Program-made: the position numbers and the translations under genes
Assembly: GCA_964387845.1 (NCBI GenBank)
Contig: CAYLXA010000005.1
Coordinates: 128,001-192,000 of the forward strand
Direction of reading: 5' to 3'
From: an uncultured bacterium
Lineage (GTDB): Bacteria; Omnitrophota; Omnitrophia; Omnitrophales; Abzuiibacteriaceae
Length of the DNA: 64,000 bases
Part shown: one piece after another, positions 18,201 to 27,662 of the stretch
How positions within the stretch are numbered: position 1 is the stretch's first letter
Layout of the letters: each line of letters starts with the position of its first letter
The notes under the pieces: generated by a model
Databases searched by the model: none
Seen by the model: the letters and a program-made list of their open reading frames with translations, nothing else
Told to the model about the DNA's origin: nothing

Positions 18201-18679
18201 TTGTGAATTCTGCGAAAGAAATCATTACCAAGCGCGGCGATAAAATGGCGTTTGTGAATTTTGAAGACCTGAACGGAAGCTGTGAAATCGTCGTGTTTCC
18301 CGATCTTTATAAGACCGCATATCAACTGCTCGGCAAGGATTCTATTATTTTTGTGCGGGGCCGGGCAAACGCCAGGGAAGATACCGTCAAAATTATTGCG
18401 GAAGAAATTATTCCGCTGGAAGATGTTAAAAAGAAAATGACCAAAGTTGTGTCGATCGATTTGATGACCGCGGGCCTTGATCCGGCGCTTTTGTCGCAGC
18501 TGAAATCGGTTTTTGCCGAGCACAAAGGCATGACGCCCGTTCATCTCAATTTTCGCGACTCAACCGGAAAGGCCACCACGCTGGATTCCGGTGACAATTG
18601 CCGTGTTGAGGTGACCGACGAATTTTTCGAGAAAATCGAGAAGATTGTCGGTTCCAACATGATTAAAATCCGCTGCTAA
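15236..18679 (+). CDS. dnaE: DNA polymerase III alpha subunit
   Basis: 1147 aa; PHP domain HLHCHTQYSLLD, polymerase core, OB fold. Confidence 0.95.
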   Translation: MDHHSDFVHLHCHTQYSLLDAASKVEELVKRAADLKFPALAMTDHGNLFGAIEFYEKAMKAGVKPIIGMEAYIAPRSRFDKSAHGVKEASFHITLLVKNEVGYRNLLKLSSAAYLEGFYYRPRIDKEILKKHSEGLIALSGCLKGEVPYYLWNDQPQESKRAIKEFIDIFGRDDFYLECMNQGIEQQRRVVNEYLKLSKEFKLKMVATNDCHYIYQKDAQSHDALICIGTGSLISDEDRMRYHGDNFYLKSADEMKELFKELPEAVLETRAIADKCNLELDFSKTHLPAFKPPAGQSQKEYLRSLCFKLLANRFSGEIPKQYDERLRFELALIEKMGFVSYFLVVWDFIRFAKEKKIPVGPGRGSAAGSLVAYALGITNLDPIEHGLIFERFLNPERISMPDIDIDFCYERRDEVIAYVREKYGEESVAQIITFGTMAARAALRDVGRVMGLSYQDVDKIAKMVPIQLDMTLETALEVEPRMKQLAKSDPQVGQLIETSKALEGLARHASTHAAGVVISEGPLSDHCPLFKADDVITTQYDMKAVEKIGLLKMDFLGLRTLTVIDEAVRLIEKTRGVKIEIDSLKLEDKATYELLGHGESIGVFQLESSGMRDLLKKMKPKVFGDIVALLALYRPGPLGSGMVDDFIQRMHNPKLIKYDHPALEPILRETYGIILYQEQVMQIVSTLAGFSMAKADSLRRAMGKKIPEIMEKEKESFLKGAGDNGIQPRIAEKIWNLIEYFSGYGFNKSHSTAYAYISYQTAYLKANYTVEFMTALLTSEKDNTDKIVRYIDESKRLGLQVTPPSINESFSVFTCVGNVICFGLSAVKNVGTTAVESIIETRSEKGKFKSLVDFVERVDLRVCNRKVLESLIKCGAFDGFKLKRSQMMAMVDRLLEIGAKTQKDRSKGQLSLLDQLDSSDGFKEHMHDAPDIEEWPENELLAHEREMLGFFVSTHPLARFENVLKTYASTTTANLNDLSDQAGVSMGGIVNSAKEIITKRGDKMAFVNFEDLNGSCEIVVFPDLYKTAYQLLGKDSIIFVRGRANAREDTVKIIAEEIIPLEDVKKKMTKVVSIDLMTAGLDPALLSQLKSVFAEHKGMTPVHLNFRDSTGKATTLDSGDNCRVEVTDEFFEKIEKIVGSNMIKIRC

Positions 18680-18844
18680 AATCTCTCTGGTTTTACCTGT
18701 AAAAACCGGCTTTTCTCTCGTTAAGTGTAGCTCATTCAATGAGTTAGAATAAAAAGATGCTTGACAATAGAAGCCAAAGTTTGTATTTTCTTATCCTGTA
18801 ATCACTTACAGAGTTTTAGTCCCCTGACAGAGGAGGCAGCCCGA

Positions 18845-19117
18845 ATGACAAAAAAAGACATTGTCATGAAAATTTCAAACGAGACAAATCTGACGCAGAT
18901 CGACGTCAAAAAAATCGTTCAACGTACGCTGGATGCCGTTGCGGAAAGCCTGGAGCGCGGCGAAACCGTCGAGCTTCGCAATTTCGGCGTTTTCAAAGTG
19001 AAAAGCCGCCGCGGCAGGCTGGGACGCAATCCCAGAACCGGCCAAGAAGTCCAAGTTCCGGAAAAGAAAGTAGTCGTTTTCAAGCCGGGACTTATTTTGA
19101 AACATAAAGTTAAGTAG
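18845..19117 (+). CDS. hup: HU/IHF-family DNA-binding protein
   Basis: MTKKDIV...RNFGVFKVKSRRGRLGRNPRTGQEV; start at internal ATG. Confidence 0.85.
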   Translation: MTKKDIVMKISNETNLTQIDVKKIVQRTLDAVAESLERGETVELRNFGVFKVKSRRGRLGRNPRTGQEVQVPEKKVVVFKPGLILKHKVK

Positions 19118-19144
19118 TCGTTTTCGTTTGAAGGAGAAATAGAA

Positions 19145-19369
19145 ATGGCAGAGAAGGGCAAAGTGAAGTGGTTTTCGAATGTAAAGGGTTATGGCTTTCT
19201 TGAAAAAGACGGCGGTGACAAAGATATCTTCGTTCATTATTCCGCGATCCAAAAGCAAGGCTACAAGCGTTTAAAAGGCGGCGATGCAGTTTCGTTCGAT
19301 GTTGTGGATGGCGCCAAGGGCCCTCAGGCATCTAACGTTGTAATCGAAAAGAAAGAAGAAAAGAAGTAA
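19145..19369 (+). CDS. csp: cold-shock protein (CspA family)
   Basis: [16 protein letters not shown]...DIFVHYSAI. Confidence 0.9.
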   Translation: MAEKGKVKWFSNVKGYGFLEKDGGDKDIFVHYSAIQKQGYKRLKGGDAVSFDVVDGAKGPQASNVVIEKKEEKK

Positions 19370-19417
19370 CCGTTTTTTTGATTCAAATCCCGTATTTCTT
19401 CCGAAACGGATTATTCC

Positions 19418-20188
19418 GTGCCAGCTGAGCGATCCAAAAAACGCTTTTTTTCATCCGAAATTTTAAGCTCCCGCCCGAAAACTATCCTTCTAGATCCGGA
19501 TGAGTCGCATCATCTGCGGCACGTCCTCAGGCTCGAAACGCGCGACCATTGCCTGGTCTTCGACCGGGAAGGAAATGAATGGTCCGGCAAAGTTTCGGGT
19601 TTTTCAAAAAGCGGCCAAGCCGAAATCGAATTGCTCAATCCAATGAAACGCGCATCGGCGAGCCCGATTGAGCTTGTGATCGCGCAGGCAATCCCGCAGC
19701 GTTCAAAAATGGATGAGATTGTTGAAAAGGCGGCCGAGCTTGGGGTTCATCAGGTGGTTCCGCTTGTAACGGAACGGACGATTGTCCGCATTAAAAAGGA
19801 AGACGAAGCGAAAGTAATGGCGCGATGGTCTAAAATTGTGCAGATTGCGCAAAAACAATGCCATTCGCACGTGCCGACCGAAGTCGTGAAACCCGTTTCT
19901 TTCGAAAAATTTTTAGATTCAATCGAAGACCGCTCGCTTGCGTTTATTTTTGACCCCATCGCCGAAAATGGCCTCCGCGAAACGCTTGAAAATTTACGGC
20001 AAAAAATAAAAAACAAAACTTCCGTCACAATCACGGCTTTAATCGGGCCTGAAGGCGGATTTTCGGAGAAAGAATTTAAATCAGCTGTCTCGAAAGGCAT
20101 TCAGCCTGTGTTATTGGGAGAAACCTTGCTTAAAACCGATACGGCGTTTGTAACGATTGCAAGCGCTTTTCAGTATGGTGTTTTATGA
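19418..20188 (+). CDS. rsmE: 16S rRNA (uracil1498-N3)-methyltransferase RsmE
   Basis: family pattern incl. ALIGPEGGFSEKE. Confidence 0.8.
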   Translation: MPAERSKKRFFSSEILSSRPKTILLDPDESHHLRHVLRLETRDHCLVFDREGNEWSGKVSGFSKSGQAEIELLNPMKRASASPIELVIAQAIPQRSKMDEIVEKAAELGVHQVVPLVTERTIVRIKKEDEAKVMARWSKIVQIAQKQCHSHVPTEVVKPVSFEKFLDSIEDRSLAFIFDPIAENGLRETLENLRQKIKNKTSVTITALIGPEGGFSEKEFKSAVSKGIQPVLLGETLLKTDTAFVTIASAFQYGVL

Positions 20189-21519
20189 GTGAAAATTTAA
20201 AAAAAGAAACCGTCAAATACGTGACGCTCGGCTGCCGGCTCAATCAATATGAAACGCAGGCGATGCGCGAAAGCCTCGAGTCGCGCGGATTTTGCGAAGC
20301 AGCCGGCGATCAAAGGGCGGATGTTTATGTTTTAAATACCTGCACGGTGACGAATGACAGTGACCGCACGAGCCGCTACTTGATCCGCAAATTTCACCGG
20401 GAAAATCCGAACGCCAAAATCATCGTGACGGGCTGTTACGTGGAGCGCAACCGGAATGAAGTGGCGAGTCTGCCCGGCGTGACGCATGTGCTTCTCAACC
20501 GTCAGAAATCCGACATCGCCGATCTGCTTGATAGCTGCACGGGCCTTGCGCTTCGGGCTTCGGAATTGCCGCTCCGGTCAAAATCAGAATTTACACCGCT
20601 TTCTATTTCGGAATTTGCCGGCAAAACGCGCGCCCACATCAAAGTTCAGGACGGCTGCAATCACGCCTGCTCATTTTGCAAAGTCGTGCTTGTGCGCGGA
20701 AAATCCCGGAGCAGGCCGCTTCAAGACATTATCGAAGAAGCGAAGCGTCTTTCTGAAAACGGATATTCGGAAGTTGTGCTGACCGGCATTCAGCTCGGCG
20801 CTTACGGCCTTGACCTTGCTTCAAAAATTTCTTTGGTTGAAGTGATTCGCGAATTGGAATCAATTGAGAAAATCAAACGGATTCGTTTGAGTTCGATTGA
20901 ACCGATTGACGTTACGGACGAGTTGATTCAGGCGATGAAAGAGTCAAAGAAAGCGTGCCCGCATCTCCATATTCCGCTTCAAAGCGGTTCCGATGAAGTT
21001 CTAAAGGCAATGAACCGTCGGTATGGGCGCGAATTTTATATCGACCTCATTCAAAAATTAAAATCCAAAATCCCGGACTTTGTTTTAACGGCGGATGTGA
21101 TGGTGGGTTTTCCGGCAGAGACCGACTTTGAATTCGAAGAAACCGTGCAGCTGCTTGAGCAAGTGAAGCCTTTTAAGTTGCACGTGTTTCCGTATAGTGC
21201 CCGCGAAGGGACGCGCGCGTTTGCATTGGGCGTTTTGGATCCGAAGGTGATCCGGAGGCGTCAAACTGTTTTGAATCAGCTGGATGCCAAATTGCGCGCG
21301 GAAGTGTTAAAATCCTACGTTAGCCGCACCCTTGAAATTTTGATTGAAAACGAAACCGAAGGCGCAGATTATATAGAAGGCAGGGCGGTTAACTATTTGC
21401 CGGCCCGTTTCGATTTATCAGAAGGTTTAAAAGCCGGCGATATAGTCAGCGCTGTCATGCAATCGTCAAGCATTGATGCTCTATCCGGAAAATTAGAAAA
21501 GGAACTCATTCGTGACTGA
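20185..21519 (+). CDS. mtaB: MiaB-like tRNA methylthiotransferase (MtaB-type radical SAM)
   Basis: MTTase N-domain GCRLNQYETQ, radical SAM CNHACSFC, C-terminal TRAM. Confidence 0.75.
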   Translation: MSENLKKETVKYVTLGCRLNQYETQAMRESLESRGFCEAAGDQRADVYVLNTCTVTNDSDRTSRYLIRKFHRENPNAKIIVTGCYVERNRNEVASLPGVTHVLLNRQKSDIADLLDSCTGLALRASELPLRSKSEFTPLSISEFAGKTRAHIKVQDGCNHACSFCKVVLVRGKSRSRPLQDIIEEAKRLSENGYSEVVLTGIQLGAYGLDLASKISLVEVIRELESIEKIKRIRLSSIEPIDVTDELIQAMKESKKACPHLHIPLQSGSDEVLKAMNRRYGREFYIDLIQKLKSKIPDFVLTADVMVGFPAETDFEFEETVQLLEQVKPFKLHVFPYSAREGTRAFALGVLDPKVIRRRQTVLNQLDAKLRAEVLKSYVSRTLEILIENETEGADYIEGRAVNYLPARFDLSEGLKAGDIVSAVMQSSSIDALSGKLEKELIRD

Positions 21520-22093
21520 TCCGACCCATACACCGTGGTTTCATGCGCTTGCCCGGCTGCCGTCCCAATTCAGCTCGCTGACGTGGCTGGACTATACATT
21601 TTTGATTGTTATCCTGGTCGGGCTTTTGATCGGTAACCGGAAGGGCTTTGCGGCATTCCTGGGGCATTTGATTGTGCTTGTGTTTTCAGTCACCATCACG
21701 CATCAATTTGCGGCACCCATCGCGCAGTCATTTCCGTTTGAGTCGCCGATCGCTAGAATGCTGATGAGCGCGCTGACGTTTGCTTCGATGGCGATTGTGA
21801 GCATGTTTTGCGTCGGAATCGTGTTTAAAGTGATCGGGAAGGTGCTCCAATTTAAATTCTCGGAATTTGTCGACCGTTTAACCGGCGCCATTTTGGGAAG
21901 CCTGTATTTTGTGCTGCTGCTTTCTTTTATTTCGAATTTTGCACTTATTTTTCCGGGCGAGTGGCTTCAGAAAACTTACCGAGAGCAGGCATTGGTCGGC
22001 AAGTTTTTAATTACGCTTTCGCCGAAAATTCATAATGGCATTATTCAGTTCGTTCCGCCGGAATGGCGCGGGCTTAAAGCCGAGTTAAAATGA
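21512..22093 (+). CDS. cvpA: CvpA-family membrane protein
   Basis: 193 aa, 4 TM helices, CvpA-like pattern. Confidence 0.6.
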   Translation: MTDPTHTPWFHALARLPSQFSSLTWLDYTFLIVILVGLLIGNRKGFAAFLGHLIVLVFSVTITHQFAAPIAQSFPFESPIARMLMSALTFASMAIVSMFCVGIVFKVIGKVLQFKFSEFVDRLTGAILGSLYFVLLLSFISNFALIFPGEWLQKTYREQALVGKFLITLSPKIHNGIIQFVPPEWRGLKAELK

Positions 22094-22749
22094 AGTTGGT
22101 TGAAGCAGCTCAAAATTCCGGAGCCGGTTTAATATCGCGGAAGCTGGCGCGCGAATTTTACGCCCGCCCGGCTCGTGTTGTTGCGATTGAATTAATCGGA
22201 AAAGTTTTGGTGTATCGCAGCTCTCAAGATGAATTTCGCGGCCGCATTGTAGAAACTGAGGCTTATCAAGGCGCCGATGATCCCGCAAGCCACGCTTACC
22301 GCGGCCCGACGCCGCGCAATCAGGTGATGTTTGGAAAACCGGGCGTCAGTTATGTGTATTTCACTTACGGGAATCACCATTGCATGAATGTTGTCACGGA
22401 TTCTGACGGTGTTGCGGGCGCTGTTTTGATCCGGGCGCTCGAACCTCTGACCGGCACCCAATCCATGAAGGAAAACCGCGGTGTTTCAAGTCTCGAACAG
22501 CTTGCAAGCGGCCCGGGGAAACTGACCCAAGCATTTGGCATTACGCGCGCGCAGAACGGCATCGATTTGACGGAAGATGTCTTATATATAGAAGGCGAAA
22601 CCCATGATTTTTGCAGGATCGGCGCCTCGGCCAGGATCGGCATTTCGGCTGCCGCGGACCGACTGCTCCGGTTTTACGAAGAAAATAATCCGCATGTGTC
22701 TACCTATCGAAAGAAAGCGTTAAATGGCTTACGATCAGCGAATCATTGA
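22090..22749 (+). CDS. mpg: DNA-3-methyladenine glycosylase (Mpg/AAG family)
   Basis: GRIVETEAYQGADDPASHAYRG..R...MFG.PG..YVYF.YG.H.C.NVV. Confidence 0.8.
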   Translation: MKLVEAAQNSGAGLISRKLAREFYARPARVVAIELIGKVLVYRSSQDEFRGRIVETEAYQGADDPASHAYRGPTPRNQVMFGKPGVSYVYFTYGNHHCMNVVTDSDGVAGAVLIRALEPLTGTQSMKENRGVSSLEQLASGPGKLTQAFGITRAQNGIDLTEDVLYIEGETHDFCRIGASARIGISAAADRLLRFYEENNPHVSTYRKKALNGLRSANH

Positions 22750-24559
22750 ACAGGTCCAGTCTCTGAACGATATTGTGGAGGTGCTTTCCAATTATATCGT
22801 TCTGAAACGCGCAGGACGCGGCTTCAAGGCGGTTTGCCCGTTTCACGGCGAAAAGACGCCCTCTTTTCACGTGAATCCCGAAAGGCAGATCTTTCATTGT
22901 TTCGGCTGCGGCGAAGGCGGCGATGTGTTTGCGTTTTTGATGAAGCACGAGCAGATGAGCTTTCCGGAAGCGCTCAAGATGCTTGCCGAGCGCGTTCATG
23001 TGACGCTGCCCGAAACTAGTTTTCAGAAGCAGGAAAAAAGCCAAAGCGATGTTCTGTATCAGATTTATGAACAGGCGCAAAATTTCTACCGCGCTCAATT
23101 TTTGGAGACACAGGCGGCCGCAAAAGCACGCGACTACTGGAAAGCGCGCGGATTTGGTTCTGAAGAAGCAAAAACTTACGGCATCGGCTACGCGCCGGAC
23201 GATTGGCGGCAGCTTTTTGAATTCTTGAGCAAAAAGGGTTTTAAACAGGACCTGCTTTTAAAAAGCGGCCTCTTCGGCCGTTCCGGACAGGGAAATCCGT
23301 ATGACCTTTTCCGCTCGCGGCTCATGTTTCCGATTCATAATCTGCAGAACAAAGTGATGGCCTTTGGCGGCCGTATTCTCGAATCCGGAGCAAAAACAGA
23401 CTCAAAATCCACGGAAAAGCAAGGCCCCAAATATTTGAATTCGCCCGAAACAGACATATTTAAGAAGCGGCGCGAATTTTACGGGCTTCCGGCCGCGCGC
23501 AAATCGCTTCTTTCGCAGGGCGATATCCGCCGGTTTTTGATTGTCGAAGGTTATATGGATTGCATCCAGCTGCAGGTCCACGGATTTCAAAATACGGTCG
23601 CGACACTCGGAACGGCGCTCACGCCCGAGCATGTCCGGATCCTGAAACGCTACATCGATGAAGCGATTATGGTTTATGACGGCGACAAAGCAGGCGAAGA
23701 GGCCGCGCTGCGCGGTTTGGATGTATTTTTGGAAGAAGGTTTGAGTGTCCGCGCACTCAGTCTGCCGAAAGGAATGGACCCAGATGACTTTATCCGCTCA
23801 AAAGGCGAAGCGGCTTTGCGCGAAATGGTTGAGAACGCGCAGGATTTCTTCGATTTTAAATTGCGGGCACTGCTTTCAAAATACAACAAGACGGATTCGA
23901 TCGGGCTTCTTAAAATTACAAACGAATTTTTTGATACTTTTCTCAAAATTCAAAGCTCCGTGCTGCTGGACCGCTACCTGAAACGGCTTGCGTCTTCGCT
24001 CGGCGTCGACGAACGGTCTATCCGCCAGGAATTTTCGAAACTCCAGTCAAAAGGCAAAATGATGCGCCAAGGAGAGCCCGCTCAACCCGCTCAGCCCGCG
24101 CAACCAAAAGTCACGACCAGCGAGCTTGCATATGAAAAAGTGATGCTGGCGATTTTATTGCAGTATCCGCAGCTTTTGGAGTCATTCCGGTATGAGCTTC
24201 CGGATTATGAATTTCAGGGAAGGCAGTCGCGCGAACTTTTTCAGCTGCTTGGCCATCAAATTTCGAAAAATCCGGAGCAGTTTTCGTCCGTCAAATTTTT
24301 GGGGCAGGTGACCGATGCCGTACTCAGGCGTTTTGTGAGCGAACTAGCCGTATCGGAATGGAGCGAGAGCGAAGCCGAGCGCGCTTTTCGCGATTGCCTG
24401 CAGAAAATGAAGCATGTCACCAAAGAAACCCAGCTCAAAGAACTCCGCAACAAAATCAGCCGAGCCGAAGAAATCCGGGATCACAAGGCGGTCGATCAAC
24501 TGATGCAGGAATATAAGCAGCTTCTCGGTTCGTCCGGTTCTAAGGCTTCTTTCGATTAA
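22724..24559 (+). CDS. dnaG: DNA primase
   Basis: zinc ribbon CPFHGEKTPSFHVNPERQIFHCFGCGEGGDV, TOPRIM domain. Confidence 0.9.
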   Translation: MAYDQRIIEQVQSLNDIVEVLSNYIVLKRAGRGFKAVCPFHGEKTPSFHVNPERQIFHCFGCGEGGDVFAFLMKHEQMSFPEALKMLAERVHVTLPETSFQKQEKSQSDVLYQIYEQAQNFYRAQFLETQAAAKARDYWKARGFGSEEAKTYGIGYAPDDWRQLFEFLSKKGFKQDLLLKSGLFGRSGQGNPYDLFRSRLMFPIHNLQNKVMAFGGRILESGAKTDSKSTEKQGPKYLNSPETDIFKKRREFYGLPAARKSLLSQGDIRRFLIVEGYMDCIQLQVHGFQNTVATLGTALTPEHVRILKRYIDEAIMVYDGDKAGEEAALRGLDVFLEEGLSVRALSLPKGMDPDDFIRSKGEAALREMVENAQDFFDFKLRALLSKYNKTDSIGLLKITNEFFDTFLKIQSSVLLDRYLKRLASSLGVDERSIRQEFSKLQSKGKMMRQGEPAQPAQPAQPKVTTSELAYEKVMLAILLQYPQLLESFRYELPDYEFQGRQSRELFQLLGHQISKNPEQFSSVKFLGQVTDAVLRRFVSELAVSEWSESEAERAFRDCLQKMKHVTKETQLKELRNKISRAEEIRDHKAVDQLMQEYKQLLGSSGSKASFD

Positions 24560-24673
24560 AAATCACTTCCTTGGAATCACCTTAAATTTTCTGTAAGTTA
24601 TTTTAAATAAACAACTTACGTCAATTTAACGCCTCACTTCTATTTCCAGTCGGTTTAATAATTTGCAAAACAG

Positions 24674-26575
24674 GTGTGCAAAAGATACAATATGCGCTTT
24701 TCACGAGAATCGCTGGCAAACCCGCTAACCCCATTGGCAGAAATGAATAAGCGCAAAAAGAAAACTTTGGCTCAAAAGAAAAAGAACAACAAGAAGTCAA
24801 AGCACGCTTTTAGCCATACACCTAAACGTCCAGCCAAGGCGAAATCGCGCCCTGCGGAAAAATCTAAAACAAAAGTTAAGGCACAGAAAACCCAAATTGC
24901 CGCCAAATCCCTTACCCGTGAAGCCGTTCACAAATTAGCCAAACTGGCACAGCAGGCAACCGCTGCCATCGGCAAGCTCAAGAACAATAAAGATGAGAAG
25001 GGTAAAACGTCTGCCGGAAAACCGAAGAGTTATCAGGACGCGCTCAATAAACTAATTGCGCTTGGCAAAAAGCAGGGCTATTTAACCTACGAACAGATCA
25101 ACAACGCCATTCCGTCCGAAATCATGGAATCGGATAAGATCGAAGAAGTTATTACGGCGCTTTCCGAGAAAAATATCGAAATTACCACCAGCGCGGTCCA
25201 GCGCGAAAAAGGCGCGCCCGCTGCGGATGATAAAGATTCCGACAAAGATTCCAGCGATGAAAAGGAAGGCGAGGAGTTTGAGCGCGTCCGCATGGACGAT
25301 CCTGTCCGGATGTATTTGCGGCAGATGGGCCAAATTCCGCTTTTAAAACGCGAAGAGGAAATCGCGCTCGCCAAACGCATCGAAGCAGCAGAAGCCGATT
25401 TGAAACGCGCCGTCTATGAAATCCGTGCGGCCCGCGGCGAAGTTCTTAACCTGGTCAATCAAATCCTTCGCGGTGAAGTCAGCCTCGAAGCGATTATAGA
25501 AGAAGACGAGCAGGACAAAATTATGGTTACGAAGCGTGCGCTGCAGAAGCTCACGCGCAAGCTCCGGTCTTCGCGGAAGGGTTCGGACAATGTGCAGCTT
25601 TTGATGCAATTTAATCTGCATCCTGCCATCGTCGAGAAAATTTTGGCGAATTTGCGTTCCAAATTGCGGGAACTCGACCGTAACCGCCGCGATATCAAGC
25701 GTTACAAAAAATCACATGTTCGCGGAAAAGTAACAAACCTGATTTTACGAAACCGTGAAATCAATCGTGAATTCGGCGAAACGGAAGCTAAAATTTATGA
25801 CCATATGAAAGTGGTGGTCGAAAAAGAGCGGGAATTGGCGCGCGCCAAAAAAGCGCTGACTGCCGCCAATTTGAGGCTTGTGGTCAGTATTGCAAAAAAA
25901 TATACAAACCGCGGGCTTTCATTTCTGGATTTAATTCAGGAAGGCAATATCGGCCTCATGAAAGCGGTCGACAAATTCGAATACAAACGCGGTTATAAAT
26001 TTTCGACCTACGCAACTTGGTGGATCCGGCAGGCCATCACGCGTTCGATTGCCGATCAAGCGCGCACGATCAGGATTCCCGTCCACATGATCGAAACCAT
26101 TAATAAGTTTTTCCGCGCTTCGCGGCATTTGGTCCAGGAAACCGGCCGCGAGCCGACGCCGGAAGAAGTTGCGCGCGTGATGAAAATGCCGCTCGATAAA
26201 GTAAAAGGCATTTTGAAAATCGCACAGGAACCGATTTCACTTCAAACACCGATCGGAGATGAAGGGGATACGCAATTCGGCGATTTTATCGAAGACAAAT
26301 CTGCCGTGTCGCCCGCAAACGCAACGGCGTATTCAATGCTCAAAGAGCAGATGAATGATGTTCTAGATACTTTGACGGAGCGCGAAGAAAAAGTGTTGCG
26401 CCTGCGCTTCGGGATCGGCGACGGCTATCCGCGCACGCTCGAAGAAGTCGGCCAGATTTTTAACGTGACGCGCGAACGTGTCCGTCAGATTGAAGCCAAA
26501 GCGCTGCGGAAACTCCGCCATCCAACCCGTTCGCGCAAACTCAAGAATTTCCTCGATATCAAGTTAAGCGATTAA
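24674..26575 (+). CDS. rpoD: RNA polymerase sigma-70 factor RpoD with Lys-rich N-terminal extension
   Basis: regions 2-4 ([38 protein letters not shown]...); N-terminal ~100 aa [28 protein letters not shown]; exact start uncertain. Confidence 0.9.
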   Translation: MCKRYNMRFSRESLANPLTPLAEMNKRKKKTLAQKKKNNKKSKHAFSHTPKRPAKAKSRPAEKSKTKVKAQKTQIAAKSLTREAVHKLAKLAQQATAAIGKLKNNKDEKGKTSAGKPKSYQDALNKLIALGKKQGYLTYEQINNAIPSEIMESDKIEEVITALSEKNIEITTSAVQREKGAPAADDKDSDKDSSDEKEGEEFERVRMDDPVRMYLRQMGQIPLLKREEEIALAKRIEAAEADLKRAVYEIRAARGEVLNLVNQILRGEVSLEAIIEEDEQDKIMVTKRALQKLTRKLRSSRKGSDNVQLLMQFNLHPAIVEKILANLRSKLRELDRNRRDIKRYKKSHVRGKVTNLILRNREINREFGETEAKIYDHMKVVVEKERELARAKKALTAANLRLVVSIAKKYTNRGLSFLDLIQEGNIGLMKAVDKFEYKRGYKFSTYATWWIRQAITRSIADQARTIRIPVHMIETINKFFRASRHLVQETGREPTPEEVARVMKMPLDKVKGILKIAQEPISLQTPIGDEGDTQFGDFIEDKSAVSPANATAYSMLKEQMNDVLDTLTEREEKVLRLRFGIGDGYPRTLEEVGQIFNVTRERVRQIEAKALRKLRHPTRSRKLKNFLDIKLSD

Positions 26576-26693
26576 ATCAGTTTTTCGCGAATTTCCTCTT
26601 TGCAGGGCTTTTATTTGTCCGCATAAAGGCTCTGTACATCCGAAGTTTTAAGCGTATAATTGCCCACATCGCCTTTCAACACAGGAGTTTGTC

Positions 26694-27287
26694 ATGAAAA
26701 GTGCTGCTTTTAAGTCATTTCTCCTTTTATCCCTATCTTTCTTTGCCGTTCAACCCGCTTTTGCCGCTCAATATAAAATTGATCCCGATCACACGACGGT
26801 ACAATTCGAAATCAAACATCTGCTCACCAACGTGCGCGGCCGGTTCAATCATTTCAGCGGAAGTTTCACTTATGAAGCCGGTAAGCCTGAAACCTGGAAT
26901 GCCAATGTTAACATTCAGGCCGAAAGCATCGATACGAACGTTTCGGCGCGCGACAAGCATTTGCGGTCCGAAGACTTCGTCGATGTTGAAAAATTTCCGA
27001 TATTGAAATTTGAAAGCACAGGTGTTTCGGATGCGGGTGAATCGAGTTTTAAGCTGCAGGGCAATTTAACGATTCATGGCGTGACGAAACCCGTGACATT
27101 TGATGCCGAAATTTTAGGGACCGCAAAAGATCCTTGGGGTAATACATTTGCAAGTTTTACGGCTACGGCCAAGATTAACCGCAAAGATTTCGGGTTGACT
27201 TGGAATCAGGCCGTGGAAACAGGCGGATTCCTGGTTGGGGACGAAGTGACCATCATGCTGGAAGTGGCGGGATTACTTCAAGCGTAA
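26694..27287 (+). CDS. YceI-family periplasmic protein
   Basis: signal peptide + YKIDPDHTTVQFEIKHLLTNVRGRFNHFSGS. Confidence 0.8.
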   Translation: MKSAAFKSFLLLSLSFFAVQPAFAAQYKIDPDHTTVQFEIKHLLTNVRGRFNHFSGSFTYEAGKPETWNANVNIQAESIDTNVSARDKHLRSEDFVDVEKFPILKFESTGVSDAGESSFKLQGNLTIHGVTKPVTFDAEILGTAKDPWGNTFASFTATAKINRKDFGLTWNQAVETGGFLVGDEVTIMLEVAGLLQA

Positions 27288-27348
27288 TGGGAACTATTTC
27301 CGGCCGGAATGTGTTAAGTCAATAACATCAACAACAGGAGGAGTACAA

Positions 27349-27606
27349 GTGGAAAAGAAGAATAGCAAAAAGAAAGCATTGTTGGCGGCGTCCATCGCAG
27401 GCTTAATTGCGGTTGCAGGCGCGGTGTTGCCGGCATCAGTTGCTTATGCGGAAGATGTAAAATGTTCAGGCGTCAATGCTTGCAAGGGCAATGGCGATTG
27501 CGGCGGCGCGGGAAGTTCTTGTGCTGGTTCTAATGCCTGCAAAGGCCAGGGCTGGATTTCGGTTTCTGAGAAGGCCTGCAAGCAGCTCGGCGGAACAGTG
27601 GCTTAA
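27349..27606 (+). CDS. bufferin-like RiPP precursor (Sec signal peptide + 6-Cys core, DUF2282-like)
   Basis: GTG start with AGGAGGAG RBS; signal peptide ...ASVAYA; core KCSGVNACKGNGDCGGAGSSCAGSNACKGQGWISVSEKACKQLGG. Confidence 0.65.
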   Translation: MEKKNSKKKALLAASIAGLIAVAGAVLPASVAYAEDVKCSGVNACKGNGDCGGAGSSCAGSNACKGQGWISVSEKACKQLGGTVA

Positions 27607-27662
27607 TAGCTGTGCCTTGAGTTGGTTTGTTGAAATACCGTGAAGCGTGACTGGAAAATGCA

